Source of the DNA: Trichodelitschia bisporula | Lineage: Eukaryota | Assembly (NCBI GenBank): GCA_010356995.1 | Contig: ML996704.1 | Coordinates: 744,001-766,460 of the forward strand | DNA length: 22,460 nt | Direction of reading: 5' to 3' | Part shown: positions 12,444 through 22,460 of the stretch, piece after piece | How positions within the stretch are numbered: the stretch's first letter is position 1 | How the letters are laid out: each line of letters begins with the position of its first letter | The notes under the pieces: model-generated | Told to the model about the DNA's origin: nothing | What the model saw: the letters and a program-made list of their open reading frames with translations, nothing else | Databases searched by the model: none | Program-made: the position numbers and the translations under genes

Positions 12444-12800
12444 TTAAGTCTGCACGTTGATGGAAGCAACACCGTCCACTTCGATGGTCGGGTGGTACTG
12501 TGAGCTCTGGATACTGACAGTACTCATCGCACTAGCTGGTGCCTGTGCTGCAAAGCCCCTATTTTTCGTTAATACCCCGTTGACGTAGGGGATGGGTTGC
12601 CTGTCATGACGCAGCGCTTACTTGATGATGGTGTATTCATGAGTGATCTTGCCTCCAGCGTCCAAGATGGCCTGCTTCGCGTCCTTGACCACGGAGTCAG
12701 GCGTGTCTTTGGGGAACGAAACGATGTAGGCCTGGAGCTGTGCGGCGGCTCCAGTGATGAGGGCAAAGAGCAGGACGATGAAAGAGCCGAAGAACTTCAT
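12444..12800 (-). CDS. Small secreted peptidase-inhibitor I9 / subtilisin-propeptide-like protein, 97 aa. Exons 12800-12622, 12558-12444.
   Basis: Signal peptide MKFFGSFIVLLFALITGAAA followed by the I9 pattern YIVSF...GGKITHEYTIIKGFAA...IEVDGVASI. The intron GTAAG..TTAAC..TAG (12621-12559) restores the IKGF motif. Confidence 0.85.
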
Positions 12801-13720
12801 GGTTGCAAGAGTGCGGTACAGTTAACGGGAGCCTGAGGGTTGTTGTGAGTTGGAATTCTTCGAAGGTGATGGAAGATCTTGTGGATGAAGGTCAGTAGAT
12901 GGTGAAATGCTTGTTCGTTTATCTTTCATTCACAGGGTGTTGCGCGTGTATATTGCCCCCATATATGGAACTAGAGCTGGTGACCTGACATCTGCAGGAG
13001 TGACCTGGGGGCGAACTGGGGTCGACGGATCCAGATGGATGAATGCAAGGGACACGACGTAATGACCTTCGGAACAAAGGCGCCGTGGCCTCCGAGCGGA
13101 TGCAGCCACTTATGTCTTGGCACTGCCGCTTGCCCACCGAGCCTCCTCCACTTGACCAAGACCTGTGCCGACACCTCCTCGCCGCCTTTCACCTCAACAA
13201 CGCGACGAAGACTCCCCAGCACTCTACAACAACGCTTTTAATTCGCACCTCATCGCCGCCTTCAGATTACTCGGTATTCCTTCAAAACATACACAACGTT
13301 TGAACGCCGACACCTCCCTTTCTACATCCCACGTCTCACTCGAAAGCCGCACCATCCGGGCTCCATTGTGCAACGCTCTCCACCAGCCCACGCTTCTTTA
13401 CCATCAGCCAGCCAGGTATATTATGGTCACAAGTGACAGGTAGTTGAAGGGTTGTAAACGGCGGCGGCCTGAGGTGGTAGTGTTGACTGGCGGGTCCAAG
13501 GCCTCCGCTGCTTTTCTGTTTCTCTCTCGAAAACAGCGCTTTCCTCATCACATAGCTAGCAACAAACGTCAGTTTTGCTTTCTGTCTTGACGAGGGGATA
13601 TACATCTTCTGCGCCTCGGCGCGGTCATTCACTAGCCACTTTCGCGTTCCACGCAAGTGGCATATCCTGCAAATCTACGCCGCTCCCCCCTGACATTGCG
13701 CATCACTTCGACTGCCCATA

Positions 13721-15922
13721 ATGTCTGACCTGCAACATGCCGATGACGTGCCGGAGGTGGCTCTGGCGTTTAGAGAAGCCCTCGAGGATCTGAAGAGCCG
13801 CAGTCAGTATGAGATAGACAACCTAACGGTGATAGCCAAGGAGAGCACCGAGCATGCGCAGGCCATCAGTCAGGAGCTGGAGAATCACATCAGAAATGTG
13901 GGTTCCTGATGATCCTTTGACATTTGCTAATACTGTATAGACACGGCCAGAGTTCAAGCTGCCGGCCCTCTACCTTCTCGACTCTCTGGTGAAGCATGTC
14001 GGAACGCCGTACACTGTCTACCTCAGCAGGAATCTCTTCGATATGTTCTTTGCCGCTTTCACCGTTGTCGACCCGCACACGCGCAAGTACATGGAGGAAC
14101 TTTTCAAGAGTTGGAAGCAGCCGGTTCCGGAGTCGCGTGACCCGCGTCCAGTGTTCCCCGTCGATGTAACGCGGCCTATCGACGCGGCGCTCATAAAGTT
14201 CCGGTCTGTGGCCTTGAAGGCGAAGCAGGAGCAGGAACAGGCGCGCCTGCAATTAGAGAGGGGCCGGATTCCATCTCGCGGTCCGCAGTCCGTCCCGCCT
14301 AGAGAGAATCCCACCCCTCCGATGGCCGGCCATTCATTTCAGTCGCAGTGGAAGGATCACCCAAGTGAAGCCCACCCACGGACGTCTACCCCCAACAATC
14401 TTAATCAACATCTGGGGTCGCTTTCAGCACTCCCTTCGCCTGTGCGCCAGGGCACCTTGACCCTCAACCAGCCGTACTCGCGCGGCGGCACTCCCGTCCA
14501 GTATGCCGGCCGCCCGGAGCAGACGGATGACTTTTCCCACCAGCGGCGTGTCGATGGGCTGAAGACGGAGATTGTGCGGTTGATCGAGGCGACGAAGATT
14601 TACACTCAACAGAACCCGCACGACCAGAACAAGCTCGCGCTACTGAAGAATCTTATAGACCTCAAGCGTGCCGTTGAGCATGGTAACCTCACACCGCAAG
14701 CCATCGAAGGTGCAGAAGGCGTCCTGCGCAGTCTTGCCAATGGTTTGCAAGCCGTGAATACTCACCCGCCACCGCAAGCTCCGCCACCCGCACCTGTGAT
14801 GCCGCCCGCGCTGCAGTACAACCACTCGCCTATGCCGGCCATGCCCGCGTTCCAGCCTGCCCCTGCTGCGCAGCCGAACCTGCCCCCGATCAACGTTGCG
14901 CAGATCATGTCACTTCTCGCGCCGATTGCGCAGCCGCCGCAGCCCGCTCCCGTCCTTCCGAGCCGGGCACCACCGGTTCCTCCGCCGCCCGCACTTCCGC
15001 CGGCTTCGCTGATGGAGCAACTTCGTGCGGCGCCGATGTCCATGCCGGGTTCCGTATCCGGTACGCCTGCACCGCCTTCGTCTTTGCTGGATGCGCTTCG
15101 CTCGGCAGGGCTCCTTGGTGCCGGTGGTCCCCCGATGCCTGCTGCGCCTGTTCGGCCTGCCCCACCGCCGATGATGGATAAAGGCCCCCCTCTGCCGGCG
15201 GATCTCAGACTCGATACTGCATCGATGAAAATGTTGGTTTTGTCCGCTTTTCGTTACTTTGATACTAATCCTCCTAGCCCGCGCCTGCAGCTCATCGCTC
15301 GCCTGTACGGTGACAAGCCGGATCAATGTCGGCAGTGCGGTATGCGGTTTGAGGCTACACCTGAAGGGAAGCGCCTTAAGGGTGCACATCTTGATCGGCA
15401 CTTTTATGTGAATACGCGTGTGGCTGATAACGCGAAAAATGTGATTAATCGTAGTTGGTACATTGACGAGCGGGTAAGTTTTGCTCTCTCTATACTGATC
15501 ATGCTAACGCAATGCAGGAATGGATTCACTATCGTGAGGAAAAAGATGCTGGCTCGTGTGATGCGGGCGATATCGCAGCTGGAATGGCAGGTACGCGTCT
15601 CAAGGGTCCGAAGGAGCAGTACGTACCTGTGCCCACAGACGTGAGGCAGGCGAACCAGCCCTGCTCCATCTGTCAAGAGAAGTTTGAGGTGGAGTGGCAC
15701 AAGGAGGAGGAGCAACCGGTGTGGAAGGACGCGGTCAAGGTCGGGAACAAGTACTATCATGCTAGCTGCTACACCGAGGTGTCTAAGGGGCATGGGCAGA
15801 ACGGGTCAGGTACGCTGGGCGGACTGCTTGCGCAGCGCAAGGTTCCATCGGCGAGGAGTACGCCGGATCGTGTGCTGGGCAAGCGCACGCATGAGGAATA
15901 CAAGATGGATGCCGGGATGTGA
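13721..15922 (+). CDS. PCF11: mRNA cleavage/termination factor Pcf11, about 689 aa. Exons 13721-13897, 13941-15232, 15278-15473, 15518-15922.
   Basis: N-terminal CID (IDNLTVIAKE...KLPALYLLDSLVKHVG), Pro-rich middle region, Zn finger CRQC..HLDRH, Clp1-binding RSWY..EW and second Zn finger CSIC..YYHASC. Confidence 0.93.
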
Positions 15923-16902
15923 TGTGACTGATAATGCTGCGTTGGAGCGCTGCATGCTGAGGTTGTGTGTGGCCGACGTGGGGCTGACCTGATGCATTGT
16001 GCCTTTGACTCGCTTATGAGGTGGTGGGATACCGCATTGCATACTGCGGAGTCATGATGGTGTTCAGAGTGTTATTCATGGGCGGTTTGATGGGAAACTG
16101 TAGCTGCACGTTTTCGTGTGGGCAGCAGACTAGCCAAAAATGGACTTGACAGATATTATGACGTGGTGTGCTTGCGGACTTCAAGATTTGAGCGGGATGG
16201 GGCTTCGTGATCTCGTCACTCTTTTTGTCTCGTCTTACAGTGATGTTTGAGTAGATGGAGCCTTTTTACAACTGGGCAGTACCATCTCGGGCAGCATTAT
16301 GGTCGAGTGAGCATTTCTGAAGATATTGCAGCTGCAAGGTGCACGGACGCGACATTTTGTAGCTTTGCCTGCGGCTCTGTGCCGGAGCGGACATGAGTAG
16401 CAATTGAAGCCAACTGTCATCAAACGAGGGCATTATGTAGAGTGCAATAACTGCGGTAGAGCGAGAGCAACATTCCAGCGTCGGTTAGGACGCCATAATT
16501 CATCAGGAGAGCGAAGTTCGGAGGAACGGAGTGGTTGTATTGCAGTTGAACAGTGGTGAGGCCCGTGCACCTGCTCTCCACGCGCGCCGCTCTTCGGCTG
16601 TCGCTCAACCTTCTTCCGTGCTCTCCCTTCCAGCTTTCCCTTTCCCTTCCTCTCCCGAGGTCAGATCCGTGCTACGAAAATCCCCACCACCATCGCCTCT
16701 CCCCATCTCCAGTCCGTCTGTCCGCCGGCGCCACCACAGACCACAGGCCCTTATACCCTCAATTCCCCCTCCCCCGCCTTCCCTTCTTATCCCAGCTCTA
16801 CCCCGCCATCTACCTGTCCGCAATTTACCGCTCACGTCCTGCGCCAATTCAACCACCACCATATAACGTAGCTTCTCATCCGATCTCACGCTAGTTTACA
16901 CA

Positions 16903-17886
<984 letters not shown>

Positions 17887-19180
17887 GCGTGTCAAGGGGG
17901 ATGCTGCGGTTACCCATGGCCGGAGTTTGATGGTGGTTCGCTCTCGCTCTTCTGCTGCATTTCGTTTTTGATAGCGGCGGGTGGAGTAGGGCTGCTGCGA
18001 TGACTCTGGCTGTGTTTTCGAGCAAAAATGTGTGGGACTTCTCGTTGCAAGCAATGGGTATGCACATAGGTGTTGTGGACGGGATCGAGGATCGATCTGC
18101 TCAGCAGGGTTTGTGATATTGTACCATATTTGCGGGCTACTGAGCTGAAACACGAGTCGCATGTGGAGCTGCCGTAGAGGTAACCGTTCTAGGCAAAATG
18201 AGTGGATGATGATGGTTATGGCCATGGTTTGGCATAGTCGGCGGTGCATTTGTTGTCATGGTGTGTGATGCTGCAGTTTATGGTCTACGTGAGGAGCGGC
18301 TCTTCCCGAGCCTCTCTTACGGCGGGGAGTCAACAGCGGGGATGGCCCGCTGCGACTGCTTCGCGACTTCTTTGGCTACATGGGTGGGTGCTCCGTTCCT
18401 TCCCAAGTTGAGAACTGCACGATGACCGAGTTTCAGCGATGAAATTTCGCAACCACCATCCCTCACAACATCCACCTCGATACTGTACGCTGCATACCTG
18501 GGATCCGGTTACCGACCATCTTCTCTCCTTCAAATTGGATTTCCGTGGTTGATTACGCTGGTTCGGCGTTTTGTGGCTCCCATACATCCTCGTCAACGGG
18601 CTCACCGCATCTCGAAACACCTATTACAAGTTGCTCTCTCCACTTGCTCCGACAAGCCTCGTCTTGCTTGCTTCTACTCCTATCGATCGAAGTGTTTTCG
18701 TTGTGGGTTCCTTGCCATCGGCTTCCACTTTCGAGCCTTTGTCGGCTCGGTAGCTGAGCCGACTTCTTGACCAGCTCAGAGCTCGGAAAATCTCGTCTAC
18801 CTTCTACACGCCTCGGTTGATTACTTTCACCAACTCCTCCGTTGCCATTGGCCTCAACAGTCGATTGCTGGCCGATTCGACATCAGCTGCGTGCTGGCAC
18901 ATCGACTCCTAGCAGCAACTGCTCTGGCTCGGGATATCTCGTTGACACCTATAAGCGCCTCTCTCCGCAGGCTTCGAACGACCTCGACCTGGGGTCTTTG
19001 GGTATACGCCCCTGAGTCTATTGTGCTTTCTGTCTCGGTTCACCGTCTGAGTTCGAACATCAGTTAGTTACCGGCTCAACACCAGCCGCGCTAAATACGC
19101 CAGTCACCTCGACAGCTCACGAGTTTCAATTCTATAAACACACTCCTCACTAGTAGCTCTCAAGACAAGCTCTGAGCATC

Positions 19181-19921
19181 ATGAAATTTCCCGTCGTAAG
19201 GCCTCCCGTATCTCCACTCGACAACCCTGATACCCCATAGTTCCGTAGCTCCCCCAGCAAAGACGCTGTTCCGACCACCATCCGTGTCGTCACTCCCGAG
19301 CCCCCGCTGGCCAGCCCAACACGGTCCAACCCCGACCTCCCTCAGCTCTCCGCCCACCAGCGCCTCTCCCCAATCACCTCACCCGACTTCCTAAACACGT
19401 CGGGTGGCTTCCCCTTCACTTCCTCGGCTTCGATGAGGCATAGCCAGACACCTTCTCCTAGGCTCGATGCCTCCCCGCGCGTCGAAACCTCGCCAAAACC
19501 CTCCCGCTCGCAACACAGCCTCACGAGTCTCTCTTCTTTCCTCCCCGGCCGGCGCACCGCCCCGCCACGCGTCCCTGAGTGCTGGGGCCCGCAGCACGAC
19601 CGCGTGGTTTGCATGCTTGAGATCGCGGGCGTGCCGCTCGGCGCCATGATCTACCGCCTCAAGAAGGAGTTTCCGGAGTTGAGAGGCTCGGCGCTGACGG
19701 AGGAGACGGTGGATACGAGGTTGCAGATTCTAGATCGTACGGTTGAGTGTGATTATTTTAAGGAGGGGTTGCTTGTGCTGGATGTTAGGCTCAAGCTGCC
19801 GAAGGGGGATGTTGCGCTTAAGACGGCTAGGTCTTGGGCGGAGTTGGGGAGGGAGAGATTTGCGGCTGGGGAGAGTGCGGCAGGGAGGATAGGGAGTCCT
19901 GGACCGGTGGTTATGGAGTAG
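19181..19921 (+). CDS. Uncharacterised protein, 231 aa, with a Ser/Pro-rich N-terminal half and a compact helical domain. Exons 19181-19195, 19241-19921.
   Basis: ATG in ATC-ATG context, then a 45-nt intron GTAAGG..CTGAT..TAG that removes an in-frame stop and joins MKFPV in phase 0 to a 681-nt open frame. Globular-looking segment PECWGPQHDRVVCML...LQILDRTVECDYFKEGL. Confidence 0.7.
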
Positions 19922-21593
19922 GTGTAGGGAGGATGTAATGAGTGCTGGGCCCGATCATGAGGCTTTGGGAAGGAGAGGGAGTGGATAATGCTTATGACCT
20001 TACTTGTGGACACCTTAGGATAGGGAGCAGTGCTATATGCCTCTGTTGGATGGAATATCTAGACGTTATATCCCTAGATGAACGAAGTGCGAACTGTTCC
20101 GTGTCCATCATAATCACACCGACACACCCCGTATACGGCATCGACGTCACGATATATGCTTCTCCTTCATACCATGAGAGCATAGATGTTGAGATAGGGG
20201 AGTCAGGAATTTAGCCTCGGCATGGGCGAGGCAAGGGCAGGCAAAAAAATCGCATCTGCCCTCACGCCGATTTGAACGACGGACCTTCGCATGTACTGTA
20301 ATCGAGGTACGAGTGCGACGCTCTACCCCTGAGCCATGAGGGCTTGCTGATGGGTGGGAATGGGAGTTTGTGTCGGGCCACAAGGGATGATAGGACGGTG
20401 TTTGCAAGCCGCGCGGTTGGGGCGGCGTGTGCTGCGCGAATACCGAGTCCATGAGTTCTGCTGGGAAGGAGATCTTCGAAAGATGGGATGTAGAGTCCGC
20501 GTTTGCTACGCCGGACGACTCGCCGATGATCCTACCGGCGTGCTTCGTCTGGAAGCCGAATGTATGGGCCTACGGTGCGGCTTCGGTAAAGGGGCCCAGC
20601 CTTTCTGGTAGTGTACCTTGGAGCTCAAGGCTTGAATATGGTCCATAATTTGCTCCGGGATGGCTATATAAGCTCTTCATATTCAAAATTTGTCTCCAAC
20701 TCTCACTGAAAGTCCCTTTCATGTAGCATATGTGTGATGAGGAGCCTGTCCCACGGCTGCGTGAATGTCAAAAAACACTTACACGGCTGCGGTCCTTAGT
20801 GCAATTCGGATCGATGGTCGGCAAAAAAGAAGGAGCAAAAACATACAGCAGTTGGGAGTAGCTGCTGGTCACCCACGCAACTACTAGTCAACCGGTTCGG
20901 AGCTTAACTTCAGTGAGCAGACGGGGCCTGGTGCATTCTCTGATCTATGGCCGCGTTCCGCATTAGGAAGTCCGGATTAGGGCACCGCCCTCGGCAGCAC
21001 TTTAATACGGGTTACCTCATCATATTATCCGCGCAAAAATACTGTGCTATGCTTGGCCGCCTAGATTTGAATTCGAAAACGTCTTATCTCTGACGTGTGT
21101 CCGTATCCTTAGCTCAATGAGGAAAGTGCTCAATCTAGACTAGCCTATGCATTGTCATTCTTGCTAGCCAATATTACCTCCGTCTTGCCGCTAAATCCAG
21201 CCCCAGATTTCCTTCAATTGGAAGTTACTGACGCGCTAAGTGATTTTAGATGGGCAGTAACATGTGCTCGTCCTGCCTCCGCATTGAACCACAACGCCTC
21301 CCTTAAATCGCCCCGTCTTCGGCCCTGTCGCCGGCTCCCCTCTCCAGAACCGGCCCGGTTGGACCTGCAAGCGAAGTATCATGAGTATCGGAAGGGTCAT
21401 ATCTCAATTAAGCGGGGGCGCCCGTTAGGACCCCTATTCCGTCTTCGCAGTGTCAGCTCTGCCTCAACGTGACTCAGGCAACCCTACCCCGCACTCCGAT
21501 TCTCCGAGTGGGGTGGCTAGGGGGCTAAGTGTGGAGTTGTACCGTGGTGAGGGAAGGGAAGACGAGCCGAGGCAGTGACGCAGGTGGCGAGTG

Positions 21594-21674
21594 GGTTGGT
21601 GGCACGGGTGAAGTTGGTGGCGCGGGTGAAGTTGGTGGCGCGGATGGAGATGGTGGCGCGGGCGGAGGTGGCGC
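21594..21674. repeat. Imperfect 18-nt tandem repeat, about 4 units, consensus near GGTGGCGCGGGTGAAGTT
   Basis: Seen directly. On the minus strand it reads APPSPS/APPTSP/APPTSP in one frame and RATNFT repeats in another. Confidence 0.75.
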
Positions 21675-22021
21675 TCCAGAATCGGGCTCTCTGTAGGGTC
21701 TCAGATGACAAAGATAGGATTATCCGCCTAGCATCCTAACGCAATTTCACGTCTTTATCAATGGAGGTTAATGAGAGGACATGCTGTATGTGACCGTCTC
21801 CCTTTTCCGGCTTGGACCAGGTTGAGCTAGGGCCTGGGCCCGTCTTCGTCAACGCTTTGCTAGACACAAGAAGCTGGGAGTGGCAAACTTTCAACAAAGC
21901 CACCACATTCCATCATATCTTTCTCTGCGTTGTGAAGGAATGGTTAATTCCAGATACTTCCAGATCCACAATGTATTGAAGCTATTACATCACTGATGGT
22001 GATATTTTCATCCGCCATTGC

Positions 22022-22047
22022 TACTATTTGTAATTACTATTTGTAAT
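22022..22047. repeat. Perfect 13-nt tandem duplication (TACTATTTGTAAT)x2
   Basis: Seen directly, in AT-rich DNA downstream of the WD40 gene stop. Confidence 0.8.
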
Positions 22048-22173
22048 TTGAGGATTCGATCTCAAAGCTGTCCCATTTCAATACGTAATTCATTGCCACT
22101 TCCGCTCTAAAAAAAAGGTATAAGAAGACAACGGGCGCAACGGAGGTGGGTGGGGAGGAGGTTAAGAGACACT

Positions 22174-22460
22174 TCAGCAAATGAATTCCATGCACAGCAC
22201 TCGACCAGACAAATATCCCAAGCCAATCTTATCCCCGCGAATGGCGACGGCCCTTGGACTGCGATAGTCGACTGGAAGCCAAAGACGTCTTTCCGCGCCT
22301 ATGGTTATCCATTCCTCGATAATTCTGAGACGTGGAGGATCCGATCCGGAACCTGGCGACTGCTTGCCGTCCAGCCAGAAGGCCACGGCGCTGATATCCG
22401 ACTGGCCCTCGAGCGTCTGCAGCGCCTTTCCCGAGCCGGCGTCCCACAGCCTGACCGTCC
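22174..22460 (-). CDS. C-terminal end of a HET-E/NWD-type WD40-repeat protein (probable NACHT-WD NLR); the 5' part lies outside the window
   Basis: Open frame from the window edge: TVRLWDAGSGKALQTLEGQSDISAVAF matches the HET-E-type WD unit (..WDA.SG...QTLEGH...V.SVAFSPDG). It is followed by the typical NWD tail EWIT...LWLP.DYR..AVA..GDKIGLG..SGRV..MEF. Confidence 0.8.
   Translation of the reverse strand, partial: TVRLWDAGSGKALQTLEGQSDISAVAFWLDGKQSPGSGSDPPRLRIIEEWITIGAERRLWLPVDYRSPRAVAIRGDKIGLGYLSGRVLCMEFIC

Noticed and set aside
16531..16894. Upstream ORFs or a mitochondrial presequence for ADK1
   Set aside because: They start at non-ATG codons and stop before the ADK1 ATG. The region is better explained as a pyrimidine-rich promoter/leader.
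20733..20830. C/D-box snoRNA (GTGATGA followed by two CACGGCTGCG copies)
   Set aside because: No D box (CTGA) at a suitable distance and no terminal stem.
21594..21720. CRISPR-like array or Ty3/gypsy integrase tail (HLRPY..PPPP)
   Set aside because: The repeats have no spacers and the DNA is eukaryotic. The integrase-like match is only a few residues, has a stop just upstream, and no other retroelement motifs are present.

Overview
Gene-dense, intron-rich eukaryotic DNA from a filamentous ascomycete (Pezizomycotina, possibly a Dothideomycete; this is inferred from protein style and from GT..CTRAY..YAG introns). I spliced the models by hand and each closes in frame. Left to right: class I-type hydrophobin (+), RWD-RBR E3 ligase ITT1 (-), dolichyl-pyrophosphate phosphatase CAX4-like (+), mitochondrial F1 ATP synthase beta ATP2 (-), mitochondrial ClpX (-), glycogen branching enzyme GLC3 (+), a small secreted I9-type protease inhibitor (-), PCF11 (+), adenylate kinase ADK1 (+), an uncharacterised 231-aa gene (+), about 2 kb of degenerate-looking DNA, and the 3' end of a HET-E-type WD40 (probable NLR) gene (-) cut by the window edge. 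Most of the window is housekeeping, and I cannot support a new multi-gene system. The most notable observations are a GLC3 last intron that encodes a near-copy of the spliced C-terminus, very short introns (43-50 nt), the uncharacterised gene with a compact helical domain, a tRNA-sized B-box element at 1262-1335, and a shift to accessory, possibly RIP-affected DNA next to the NLR-like gene.
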